Source: Octopus sinensis (taxonomy: Eukaryota). From it: DNA of 64,000 nt. Under the pieces are notes generated by a model. The model saw only the letters and a program-made list of their open reading frames with translations. It did not search any database and had not been told where the DNA came from. The translations under genes were made by a program, and so were the position numbers. The stretch covers positions 14,756,001 to 14,820,000 of the forward strand of contig NC_043004.1 of NCBI RefSeq assembly GCF_006345805.1. The letters run 5' to 3'. Numbering within the stretch: the first letter of the stretch is position 1; every line of letters begins with the position of its first letter. Shown piece after piece: positions 38,546 through 51,894 of the stretch.

Positions 38546-41500
38546 AGTCATCATGATGATAATAATAATAATCATCTCTACAAAATCAACTGGTCCTTTC
38601 CAATAAAACCAAAAAGGTCAGGTCTTGTATCTTTGTTTCTATGGTAGATAGGATTATAACTATCACTTTAGCACGCAGGATCAAAATAATTTGCGGCTTT
38701 TATTGTCTTTAAGTTCTGAGTTCATTTTCCGTTAAGGTCGGCTTTGCCTTTTATCACATTGGGGTCGATAAAAGAAGCATCAGCTGTGCACAGTAATCGA
38801 CCTCCCGCTTTTCCAAAATTTCAGACCTTGTGCTTATAGCAGAAAAAAAAAAACAACTTTTTCATCATTACTTTAACAGGTTGGTCGAAAAGTTTTACGT
38901 TCTTATTTAAAACTTCAGCTAATTGTATCGCAGGTTTTGTTTCCAATAATGATCCGGGAGATAATATACAGTTTTTGTTGTATTATAGCAGCTATATGTA
39001 ATGTGTGGATTTTCTAATGCTATATTGTCGGGTATTGATCATGTAAGGGTTGTGTTCGTTAATGTTATTTTTAGCATACTTCTGACTGACTATGAACTAA
39101 TTAGCAAATTCATTGATTGAAAAATTTCTCGATTACCGAGTTCGACTACAGGCAATTTGCCTTAGGAAGATATTCATTGAATATAATTAGCCCAGTAAGC
39201 ACAAAATAGTTTTAAAAGCTTAATTTTAGTGCTATTTTTAAGCGCTTGAGTATACTCAGCTTCAGTTTTTTCAGTCAGCATATTTGCGGCCATTTTTTTT
39301 TCTGAAGGAAGAAGTTGAGAGGGGTACTGCATCTTAAACGTTAAAATACCTAGAAAGTAAGTGTCGTGAGCAAATGATTGCGATTAGTGACACCTGAAGT
39401 AGTCAATCCAATGAGTAAAATTACACTGTCGTTGAGTGTATGTTGAAGCTTCAAACATTATGAGAAAATTTATGAACATGCTAAGATTACACGATTTCTC
39501 TCACATTGTATTTTCTGACGATACTCTTTGCTACTTAGTAAACATAAACTTTTGAAGCATGAATTATATAAAAATATAGTAAGATATCACAAAAATCGAA
39601 GACTTCTTCCTCTCTTCTAACGGAAAGACTTGAAATTTCGCAGGATTTCAAATATGAAACATCATTTCTTTTGTGTTTCTGGTAACATTAATACTTTATA
39701 TTATATTCTGGATGAAAACAAAATGTTCAACTGTTGCTCAAAGTCTTATCAAAACACTGATATGCTAAAAGTCCATTTAGTCCAATCCATTTGGTATTTT
39801 CCCATTCACACACAGCGTGACACTTGGAAAAATGTATCTAATTACTTTTGGTATATAATTTACTACTCGAAAAATTTGTACAAATTCATAAAACGTTTCT
39901 ATAAAGGTCATAAAACTTTATCGTACACAGAATTTTTATCAATTCGAAGATACGTGAGAATGCAAGTGGCGATGGTTTCTCCTATCTTATCTCAATGCAT
40001 CGCGCTTACTAATCATATGTACATTTAAAACAAATCTATTAAATGATTTCAGAACTTACTTGAAATAGCCGCATGCTTTCGGCACAAGAATATGTATCTA
40101 AGCATGACGTCAAAGAGAAAAACCTGATGCACAAGTAGTTGTATTTTGTATGATACGTAAGTAGTCTTTTTGATCTCACGTGAGAGCATGGATCAACTCA
40201 ATTCTTACAGGAAACGTAATATATGCGTAGTAAGCCATATGCCACGAAGCCTGAGTGCATATTGCTTCAAATGTTGCACTGACATTTGGCCCAACCTCTA
40301 TATGAAACAGTTTTGCACAATTTTAGATTTTAAAGAGACAATTCTGTTGAAAGTTGGCAAAAAGGTTTTACTTAACAGTTCTCACTTTAAAACAAAACAT
40401 GGAGTTTATAAATTGCATTAATCTTGAACAATATTTAAACGTTTGAACTGTATAGTAAGTGTTTAAAATAGGCAGCTGAGTAGCCTTATTTAAAGCACGA
40501 AATTAGTGCCAGTTTGCCGAGATTATATGCACCCGCAATTGTGAGTGTGTTTCATATTTTATGAACTTGTGTGTCTGACGTCCTATACATCTGATTGTTA
40601 GCTTGCATCATTTTATTTTAAGAAATTTCTATCAATTTTATCATTATTTTCATAATTATAAGATTTATCTCGTGCATACTAAGCGTATTTAAAAAAAATT
40701 TCTTGCAAGACTATTGAAATAGTGATGATTAATAATTTGTCATCAATGAATGTCTTATTGGGTCTCTTGTTTGTAAACTAATTTCCAAATCGGTGAGATC
40801 TTTGTCAATATATACTTGTTATATCAGATAAGATTATATGTTATTTGCCAGCGCACGTATTATTCCTTTTTATTGGGTGCTGGGTAACAATTCCTTAGAG
40901 TATAGCTATGCGGGTTATGTAATTTCATTGAGTATATTTTGCAATGCGTATCTTTTGTGAGCGGATTTTATAATCACTGAGCCGTGATACCAAATTGCAA
41001 GTGCCTTCCGTAGTTTTTGTTATCACTAGAACTCCTGTATCCATGCTGGATTGTTTTCACTTTTATTCAACACACGTACATATTTCTGTTTCAATCTGCC
41101 TGTAATTGCATATTATCCCCACGTTCTTTATTGTTTTTTGTTATAATTAATTGGGATGTCTCTAGTCCAAGAATATTGTAGCTGGATGATGCATTTTCGT
41201 CTTAACCATCATGAAAAGTTCATTCTAGTTGCTTGCTGGCAATTCGTCTTCATGTATCGTATTTGCTACTCGTTTGTAAAACTTATGTGAAAACGCAAGT
41301 CAATTATATTCCTTCATTTCATGATAGAAAACAAAAAGATTCCAATCAAGTGCTGAGCCTTATGACATCGGCTAAACTCACCTCGCAATTGATAACATTG
41401 GGCATAAATCAAAACTCATCAACATCATCATTATTACTTCTCTTTATCACAGGTTTTGTTGGAGCTCCTGGAGTGTCACATGCGTAACGGGCTTCCTACC

Positions 41501-44500
41501 TGCATCCTACAGTACCATGCTATGCATTCTTTCCAGTTTATTATTATTATTACAAAATTTCAGACTTGTCGCATTTTTCTCAGTCATAAAATGCTGACGC
41601 AGTGAGTTGGCAAAGCGACAGTCATGTAGTTATACGTTAGGAGTTCCTTGGTGCCCACTAGTTGGGTAGTATGTATAATAAGACAGTAAAATACAGAATC
41701 CTGTGGAGTAGAGTAACTGCGAATTTGTTTAATATTTTTCTTAACTGCAAAACAAACATGGCATTTTTTCATGACGAGTATTCCCGATAAAGTCATCAGG
41801 TCCGAGATCAATAGAGATTCTAGATTACTCAGAGTGTACAAGGATTCCAAATTAAATATGGCTAACACAACAAAGGAACTTGAGACGATATTGATGTACA
41901 AGTTAACAACATAGATATGTGAACTATCAATGCCATATAAGACAAAATGTTAATCCATGTTAACACAAATATCTTCCTGAAAATATCTCCGTGAAAACAT
42001 CCCTGACGAAGACGACAAAAGAACCCGTCACAAGAAGGACGTTCAGAATAATCAAGGATTTCAGTCTAATAAGGTACTCTATATCAGTAAAAATAGTTTA
42101 AATTATAAAGTAAGCGCAACTAAACATTGGACGCAAATCGAAAAGGATATCCAAGCACAAAGTAAACTTCACACAAGAGATTCTAAGCTAAGAGGGAAAC
42201 TGATGTAACAATTTAGTACACGAGAACAAAACATCCTAAACTCGACCATTCAATCTATCTGCTAGAAACAAAAAAATCATATCCTTGAGGTAACGTCTTG
42301 TTATCCTAAATGTAAGCAGCGAAAGAATTTACGATTTTCACATGCTATTTTCACGGTCTATGCCCGCGCAGTTGATATGCAGTTAGTTTTTAACAAACGT
42401 TTTCCACAGAAACCTGCCTCAGTCACACTGCTCAGCTGTAGGAGGAATGTGAGGCCACAGTGTCATACTATTTCCACGCCATCTTTCTTTCATATAAACA
42501 GTTATATAAATTATAAATTATGCACCTCATTAGACATTCCCACAAAGCTTCGGTTTTTAATTATTTTTTTCTGCTACTGTTATGCAGATTACTGTCACCT
42601 TCGAACCATCTCGTCTCATATAAAACAAGTGGCCCTCCGATACTTTAGAGTTTTCTAAAATTAAATTTTCAATCGATGCATTTCTTTTTGTTCTAAAGAC
42701 ATAGAGAGACTTGTTCGCAGCTATCCCTAGTAATCAAGCTACGGGTTAGAATATCACTCATTTTACAAATTGCAACTCTACTGAGTTGCAATTTTACTCT
42801 GAATAATCAATGTTTCTGATAATTTTAAATTAGATATTTGTGTGTTCTTTTTAGGTTTATAATTGTTTTACTGCTGTTGCCTTTTAATAATCTGCTAATT
42901 ACTCGAGTGTCATGCCGTTGCCAATCTTCATAATTGCGCCATTTCTGTTAATAATCTCCTTTTATTAAATCTACTGGGGCTAATAAACTCATTCTTGGAA
43001 CTGCATAGCAGCATTTAATATTTTTTCTCTGAGGGAAATTATATCAATTAATTATGATTTGAAACACACTTCCTTTACATATCAGATTTTAAGCGATATC
43101 ATGGCTATTCCATATCAATGTTTAACATGTTGAGCAACTAAATCGTATTTTTAAGGAACAGGTATTATCGATTCTCGTTTGCAAAGAGGTTTATCTTCAT
43201 TAGAATGATTGGCATAACCTCAAAACAAGGAATTTCCAATCAACGAAGTGTAGATGATTGGAACATATACCATCATAATACACAAGTATTTCATTGTATT
43301 TCATTCGTTGTTCCCATCAGCGGCTCAATAATGAAGGCGTGTAACATGATAACGCATATCATTTGATCAAGAAGTGTAAATAAACTGAAGGAATGAAAAC
43401 CTGAATCTACAGACATTTGTAGTCTTTAAAAAGGTGGCCATGGCTTCATACAGATTTTTCTCCCTCGTTTAATTTCCAAACACGTCTTATTGGGACTACA
43501 TCCTGGTAGGAAATATGTATTATTATCAGTTAATCATACATGTAGACAAAAATATATTTAAATCATGTTTAAACATTTGGATATAAATATTTCAAATAAC
43601 GGAAATTGTCGTACATGAATCAATTATTTCAGCAAAAATAGTTTTCCGAATGATTATACATTTGCATATATCTTGAAATGACAGCAGAACCAACAAAATA
43701 TAAGAGCAGATTGACTAGAAAAGAAAGCAAAATCAAACGAATTCTAAAAGTGTTTAAACGAAAGTTAGCATTGCATAAATTCATTTTACAAATTTCACCC
43801 TATTTCTTACTATTGTTAAAGGAACACCAACTAAAATAGTTTTTGTGTGACATTAATGGAATGTATACAAGTATAAAGATTTAGTATGAAAGCGCTTAGG
43901 AAATTTTCATAATATTTATTCTTACTTGCATTCAATACATGTAGCGAACAACCATACATAACAATTTTAGTTTTCTTAGTACTAACACTTTATTATGGGG
44001 TATACAGGAAATTTAATTTTAATCTCAGAAGTTTGAAAAATAACAACCATGAATTATGCACCTGTACGAAATAGTGTAGCTGAGAATCTGGCATCCGAAC
44101 TGGTTGGTAACGAGTTCGATTTTGATGAAAATTCTGGCAAAATTATCCAACTTTAAACTCGAGTTGAACAAAGCTTTGTTAGTCTCAGTCGACAGAAGCA
44201 AAATATGAAGAAGGCAGAATACGTGTACATACTTCTTTTCAAATTATAGGGTCCTTTTCTTTATACACACTAACAAAACACACGCGCATACTTATGTACG
44301 TTATTTTATGTATGTGAGTCAGTGTTTCACGTCTCTGTATGGAGTTAAGAAAATTATATTTTTTTATGTATGTTAGATTCCTCCCCTCATTTTCATTTCC
44401 TATGGTTAAAGAATGCTTGTCACACCACTAATTAAATTTTGATTCATTCTTGAATTCTCTTAAGGGTATATTATTCTTTTCCCAAAGACATCTATACAAT

Positions 44501-44518
44501 GCACCTCATATTTATTCA

Positions 44519-44589
<71 letters not shown>

Positions 44590-44746
44590 ACAAATAAGTT
44601 ATCTATTCATTATGCATTTGTCATATGTGTTTGTGTGTGTGAAAAACTAATATCTATCTGAAAGTAAACATTCTCGGGGCAAAAGATTCAGAGTTTCATT
44701 CGTGCATATTCCAAAGTTCAAAGTAATATATATATTTGATACTTGC

Positions 44747-44920
44747 CTTGGCATCGCGACAGTTGTCCACTCCATTCTCCGTCCGACATGCAACGACGCT
44801 CTGCTGATCCAACAAGCTTATATCCTTCTGGACATGAGAAACGCAAAACTGTATTGTACGTTTCACCTGATCCAGTAATAAAGCCATTTAATGGTGGTCC
44901 AAGTTTCTCACAACGTATTG
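44747..44920 (-). CDS. lev-9: Exon encoding a sushi/CCP domain (not in the ORF track), with GC-AG donor
   Basis: 174 nt, TTTTATTTTCAG| acceptor. Translates to (P)IRCEKLGPPLNGFITGSGETYNTVLRFSCPEGYKLVGSAERRCMSDGEWSGQLSRCQ. Donor CAAG|GCAAGT keeps phase 1; read-through reaches TGA after about 9 codons. Confidence 0.92.
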
Positions 44921-45145
44921 CTGAAAATAAAATATATTATGCAGTGTATTGTTTTGATTTATTTTAATGGATCAAACGGGTCAGCTACAGAAAAATTCTT
45001 CTATAATGGTAAAAGAATTAGTAATTACTACAGCCGACTGAAAAATATAATTTTATTCCACATTTATTTGTTCCCCTGATATATATAAGACGATTACAAT
45101 AAGTGATATTTAATCTGTTAGTGACTTTGTATATATATATATATA

Positions 45146-46245
45146 TTCCTTCAAACGCGCCCACAACCTACGTGGCCTCCTGGTCTACAGTTTTTCCCTA
45201 CCCCCCTCCCAACCTGGCTCGTTCTACTACTTCCACCCACACTGCCATACTTACCCTTACCTCTCCAACACCACCATCTTCACAGGCATCCATCATCATC
45301 CCTATTATATCACTGACTCCTTTAGCAACGTCCTTTAATGCATCTCATGCTCTTTCTCTGCTTCTATGTACATTAGTCAAACGTGACGCCGCTTGGCTGA
45401 CTGGTTCGTGGAGCATCTCCGATATATTAGACTCGGCAACGATACACTGGTCTCGCGCCATTTCCGCTCTACCGGTCATTCATTACAACACCTGTCGCCG
45501 TGAACAGGAATTAATCTTCTCTCTTGCCTCCTTTGTGCCACATAGGTTCAACACCCCCTTCTTCATCTGACTCTCTCTCCTCTCTTCATCTCACAGCTAC
45601 TTACTTTCTTCAATCCTACCTACCTCCCCTCTACGCTCTTGCCCTGACACCTACTTCAACTCTCCACTCCTACCCACCTGCTTCCTTCTTCGTTACCCCT
45701 CCATCCACACCCCACACACACACATCCCAATCCCACATACCTCATCCTACCCCCACATTCACAGCCAAATCCATACTCCACCCTCACATCCCCACACCTC
45801 AGCACCACCAAACACATCACATCACACCACCCCGCACACACTAGCATTGACCACTTCCCAGCACCATCATCCTTACACGCACACATTACAGACGTACACA
45901 CTTACACACGCAAACATCCACACGGCAAAGTCATCAGCCCCTATCCACACGCACACACTCACACAATCTTACATACACACGCACGCGCACCTTCGTTTTG
46001 GGATCACCAATACTTTATTATCTCCCCTTCTTAGCTCTCCTGTCTAACTACCTCTGTCCAGCCAGCCACCATGATTGATCGCTAGCTCCAAAATTGTTTT
46101 ATTCTCTCTTTGTTTGTTTCCTTGCGTTCCTTTCTGTTGAAGAGCATATCCTCGAAGACTTTCTCACCTTCCCGAGCATCAAACTAAAATACTTGTTTGT
46201 TGTTTATACACCTGCCTCCTCTTCTGTTTTTCTGTAAATCTCAAC
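45146..46245 (+). mobile_element. 5'-truncated Penelope-like element (GIY-YIG domain, CA-rich UTR, terminal repeat) inserted in (TA)n
   Basis: Translation SFKRAHNLRGLLV...YISQT*RRLADWFVEHLRYIR...VSRHFRSTGHS...EQELIFSLASFVPHRFN is the PLE endonuclease pattern. (TA)n lies on both sides. Confidence 0.88.
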
Positions 46246-46282
<37 letters not shown>

Positions 46283-47542
46283 GTATATGTATGTGTGTGT
46301 ATATATATATTACCATTCTCATTCTTTTATTATTATTATATATTTTATTATATATATGATATAATTATAATAATATGAAGAATAGAAATTAATATTATTA
46401 AATGATATCAATTTCAACTAGTGGTCAGCATACTTAAAACCGTCCGAAAACCGTCAATTTTATTCAAACATACATATGAGAGATCACTATATGGATCCCT
46501 TGTATGCTATGTATGTATGTATCTCTATCTCTCTCCCCCTCTCTCTGTCTCCTCCTTTCTATACATTCATACGTAATTTATTTTTTTATTTGGCTCATAT
46601 CCAGCACAGCCAACATCTATAAACAAATTCTTGAATTGTGTCATCCGTTATTCCCTTATTACTTTTCTTAGCGCAAGTTACCTGGAACTGCACAAGCCAA
46701 TTCACCACTTATTTGTAAGATATACAATGTGATTTGAAAGAAATTTGTTTATATTTCGAAGAGATCTAGTGATTAGTGGACTCATTTCTCTATCAGTTGC
46801 CAACTAGATGTATTTGATCGGATATTTGATTAGATATATACAATGAAGCATTTTCGGCATGAATGTAATATTTGAACAAATAGTGCTACAAATGTTTGCT
46901 TTACTGGACATAATCTGTAGGGAAAAATCTCTGACCAGGGAGAAACTTCAATAGACTTTGAATTCCATTAGTGAACATGTTCAATAAGGAATTCATAAAT
47001 GAGCAATGTACATTTGGGGAAGATTATTCTAAATAGTCATAGAAGAGAGACAAATATTCCAACCCTTTATTGAATGCTAAAAATAATCTACCAAACATGT
47101 CATAAATATTCCAAGACGAATATTTAACTCATTCAACTCATCTCAACTCTCCTTCGCATATAAACCCCTTTTTTAATTATGATATCCCACAACATAAAAA
47201 CTAAATTGTATAATATATTTTCATGACATAAAAACTCATTTATCAAATAATATTCCTACGTATAGTTGGTGCGTAACAATTTCAAATTTCTAATAGAAAT
47301 ATTTTTACAATCTTCACCTGTATACGTTTTGATTTAATTAGATAACTATTTTATATTAAAATGTATTACAATAGTTATATTTTCCGTTAAATGTATCATG
47401 CTAAATACGATTAACTTTACAATGTGTGAGAGGAAAGAAAGGAAGAGGTGCTTCAGCGACAAGGTAATTAGTAGCTTGTGAACAATATATATATATATAT
47501 ATTCATTTGTAACATCTTATGTAATTTAGTATATTCTTGATA

Positions 47543-47690
47543 TCACGTTGCTCCAGTTCACTCAGCTGGCAAAAATGAGTAACGCTGCGATGGACTGACG
47601 TCCCGTCCAGCTGGGGAACACATACACCTTAGAAACCGGGAAACCGGGCCCATGAGTCTGGTTAGGCTTTAAAAGGGCGCCCTTATTATT
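47543..47690 (+). mobile_element. 5'-truncated SINE family A
   Basis: Nearly identical to 1875-2010. Confidence 0.9.
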
Positions 47691-48170
47691 ATATACTTGA
47701 TACTGCTAAGGCAGCTTTCTGTAGAATCAATCTATTATCTTACAATTCTTCAAACTAGAATATCGCTTCACATAGTTCTAAGTATTTTTATAGTAAACGA
47801 CTTAGCCTGTTTCAAATTACGACACAAATATTCAATAAATAAAATGAGTTGATTATATCAGGATTAAGATTATAATTAAAGCAATGAACTATAAAAATGT
47901 CTCTCTACATTCTGAGAGAAATCCGTTTCGTTGCACTCGGCGAAACTAGTGAATATAATACTTTGTTTATAACATTCATATAAGATTCCTATTCAGCATA
48001 AGTAGTTTGTTTGTGTCTGAGCTTCTTTTAACACGCCTAACATTTTCTAAAAATACCTAATGTTTAATGTATTCAGTCGATGTACTAAACAAAATTTCAC
48101 AGTTAATATTCCTCATTAAAACGTGAAAAGAGAATAATTGTAATATTAACAAGTGATAGTTAACACTCAC

Positions 48171-48338
48171 GATTACATAGTGGTAGAGATCCTGACCACT
48201 GTCCATTTATCTGGCACTCTCGCACAGGATTGCCGATCAACTGGAAACCTTCATTGCAAAAATATGTCACTTTTGCGGGATATCGGAAATCTTGACCTTC
48301 CCGTCGTCCATTGGATACCTCTCCGGGATACTTACAAT
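48171..48338 (-). CDS. lev-9: Exon encoding a sushi/CCP domain; LEV-9/Hasp-like protein
   Basis: 168 nt, CTAG| acceptor, C|GTGAGT donor, phase 1-1. Translates to CKYPGEVSNGRREGQDFRYPAKVTYFCNEGFQLIGNPVRECQINGQWSGSLPLCN, a textbook CCP consensus. Confidence 0.95.
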
Positions 48339-49191
48339 CTAGTTTACAGTTGAAAATACAATGCAATTTTAGATATGAAATTTAAAATACGTAATTTGAA
48401 TACAGGCAAATAAATAAAACAAAAAAAAACAGTTTGTAAAAAAATTGAAAATAAGCCGGTGTTAATTTGTAACGTAGAAGCAATATGTAGCATAATTTAC
48501 AATTTTCCATTGGGTAAATATTTGGCAACACAGCATCTTTCAGCTTAGTATATTGCACTTTAGTTGAAGGTTCAATACGAACGATTGGAGACTAGTCATT
48601 TTCCTACGTTTGCTGTGTACTCCTTTAAGCGTTCAATATTTGTTTCATGCGATAATAAAATGATGAAAAAACATTTGGGTTGTTTTACTTCTTTTTGAAA
48701 TGTAAACGTTCTACACTATTTTGATGTTCGTGAAAGTATCTCTTTGGAAGCACTTTTAAGTCATATGTTTTAATGTCTTATCTCTTTGGTATACTTAAAA
48801 ATTATTGATCGAATGATTATGGGAAATGCGTAAGTAATCTATCATAACCTATAAATTTTTACCTCGTAAATTAGTAGATCATTCTAGAATTACTTCCTAC
48901 AGTGTTGTTCTTTTCACATAGAATGGCAGCATATTTATATTTTACGACAGTATACTTTGGAATATTGCCATTCTGAGTACAATTTCACCTTATACATCAT
49001 TCCAAGATCGATAAAATAGAAACCCGAAATTTTATTTGTTGAATGATTTATGAAGATAACTTGCAAAGAAGTTTAGGGTTAAAACCACTGTGCTTTGAAA
49101 TATGTCAATCAAAATATCTTCGCCGGTTTTATATAGGTTCGATTATTATGTGTAACCAACAACCTTCTGCAGTTATATTGTATCTACTTAC

Positions 49192-49218
49192 CTGTTTCCG
49201 GCTTTGTATCATCAGATT
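49192..49218 (-). CDS. 27-nt microexon (K-SDDTKPET-D) forming the linker between two CCP modules
   Basis: Acceptor CTTGTTCTTCCTCTACTTTCAG|, exon AA TCT GAT GAT ACA AAG CCG GAA ACA G, donor |GTAAGT. Phase 1-1 and in frame with both flanking CCP exons. Without it only 2 residues would separate consecutive CCP cysteines. Confidence 0.8.
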
Positions 49219-49981
49219 CTGAAAGTAGAGGAAGAACAAGGGGTTTGTACTTTATTTGATATAAAACAAAGGAAATTTTAGAATATGAATTTCATGTCTT
49301 TACGTAATTGATAAATATGAATAAATCGTTTTTCAGCAAATTTTATTATAGATCCTTTATAAAGAGAATCGTTTAACACATGATGAATTCTTAAAAATAT
49401 AAACAAATCAAACAAGTGAATTGTTATTCAACATTAAAGATAATCCATTATTCCATTCATAGAAAAATATCAAGCGTTACTTCGAGCGCTTTTACGATGC
49501 TCAATCCCGAAAATATAATGAATATATGTGAATAAGTAATAATATTGAGGGACAGCTAACTCTATAATAATGATGAAATCATCCTAGGTTATAATTCACG
49601 TAGATATACAGATATCTTTCCATAACATAGTGCATAGAAAGTCCTAAAAAAGAAATAATAATACCCATATTTACAGCAATATCATCCAGGTTTTAACTTA
49701 AAATTAAATGTTATAAATTACTTTTTGAAACTATCAGCGTTTGTAATTAGTTTCTGTTCTTGACTGCAATTGTAAAATAATCTGACCTTTGTTTATTTTC
49801 TTATTACTTTATTCATTCATTGTATAACGTAACATAACCTTGATAATTACTCTAAGAGCGTACGGTTTTCTTGCTATTATTGATCTAAACTGAAATAAAT
49901 TCAATTGTAAATAAAAGGATTTTGTAGAAACAATTCATCTAATTTTTTTTCCGGATATCCACATGTTATACCTACATAGGA

Positions 49982-50023
<42 letters not shown>

Positions 50024-50662
50024 TGAAGACATATGAAACCATCAGCTAAAAGTTGTATCTTCAAAGATTTCAGTCTATAAGCGACAAATACATTGACATC
50101 TTATGTTGTATGCACTTAAGCTTTAAACATTTCATTAAAAATATCTTGTTCAAACATATCGTATTTTAGAAAAAAGTTTGTTCTATCCTGATGTTCAATG
50201 TACTATAATTTTCTACAACCAAAGACTTGTACATATATATTATTGTTTTACATGACACAAACAGAAATGTTAACATAATGGTCATAAATGCATTAAAAAC
50301 GTTATTATTCGCCAGCGTGTGTTGGTCATAGGGATATCAAGCATGCATTATGGACTTTATACTTGCTCCTTGTTTAACTTTATACTTATAACTTTATGAA
50401 CTTTATACTTCCTCCTTGTCTAACCATATAGTCATACATTTCTAACACATATTTACATTTTCAACACCTGAGAGGAAAAACAATCTAAGCGTACTTATTT
50501 GCATGTTCCCTCTCTCCCTGGAATTCCTCTGTATCTGTGTGTTTGTATGTTTGTGTATATATGTGTGAGTGTATATATATATGTACACATGCACATATAC
50601 ATACACATGCATATATACATACATGCACATACATATATGTATATGTATGTATATACATATAC

Positions 50663-50718
<56 letters not shown>

Positions 50719-50744
50719 CATACATACATATACATATATACATA

Positions 50745-50892
50745 TAGCGCTAGCCTAACTTTATTCCTTGCAGAATGCCCGGGAAAAATAGCCTAGCAGC
50801 TTTCCGTTCAAATTTTACCGATCGAAGTCCAAGCAATCGACTCGCCCCCTTCCCCAATACTTGAGGCCACGTACCTATTTTAGAAAGAATTA

Positions 50893-50947
<55 letters not shown>

Positions 50948-51017
50948 CATCATCATCATCATCATCATATCATATTTTGATAATAATAAAATAATAAATA
51001 AATAAATACTTGATGTA

Positions 51018-51053
<36 letters not shown>

Positions 51054-51087
51054 AATAATAATAATAAATAAATAAATACTTGATGTA

Positions 51088-51123
<36 letters not shown>

Positions 51124-51124
51124 A

Positions 51125-51160
<36 letters not shown>

Positions 51161-51308
51161 TAATTCTTTCTAAAATAGGCACGTGGCCTCAAGTATTGGG
51201 GAAGGGGGCGAGTCGATTGCATGGACTTCGATCGGTAAAATTTGAACGGAAAGCTGCTAGGCTATTTTTCCCGGGCATTCTGCAAGGAATAAAGTTAGGC
51301 TAGCGCTA
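50745..51308. repeat. Near-perfect long inverted repeat (palindrome) in the intron
   Basis: Unique arms 50745-50894 and 51159-51308 (150 bp, 2 mismatches) are extended inward by complementary (ATT)n/(AAT)n and (ATC)n/(GAT)n tracts. The centre holds a 70-bp-period direct repeat. Confidence 0.95.
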
Positions 51309-51894
51309 GGTACCAGGATTCTCATGCGCTAGAAGAAAAATTCTTAAACTTAGTAACGTAAATATTGTATTTTATTTTATTTCTCTCTTCCTTATTTCAT
51401 TGCCTAGAACAATTTCAAGAGTTTCTGTATCTGTGTGTAAATAATCCAAGGAATGATTCCTTTCTTTTCTTTGACTAGCATTATTATTATTACATTATTA
51501 TTATTATTCTTTGACTAGCCTTATTATTATATAGGAAACAAAGTTATTTTATTCAACCACGTCAGCCTTAGCTTACAACGCCAAAAACTGTCACTTGCTA
51601 GTAACACACGGACGTAGCGAAGAACCTGCAAACGTTTCTAAGGCCAGTTACTTGATTACCATCTACCAATGAAATCCTATTCAAAACATATGCTAATTGA
51701 GCCATGAGCTTCCCATTCAAAGTAGGGCAAGCTTCAAGCACTAGTAAGATGCAGGGCAGCTGCGACATAAGCCACGTCTTTCTATTTGAGCCCTTTGAAT
51801 ATCAGTGTATAATGTGAAACCGGTTAAAGCCTTAATTATAATAATAAAAAATATTTTAGCTATTCTTAGTGCATTTTCAAATTCTACGTTTCCT

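Noticed and set aside
39630-40028. 132-aa plus-strand ORF, also 40170-40421 and 41584-41901
   Set aside because: AT-rich composition with no recognisable motif and no convincing splice-site pair.
43151-43218. Possible terminal exon (G)YANHSNEDKPLCKRESIIPVP* downstream of the third CCP exon
   Set aside because: The acceptor is an uncommon GAG, the KPLC resemblance to a CCP end lacks the Trp and the other Cys, and nothing else supports it.
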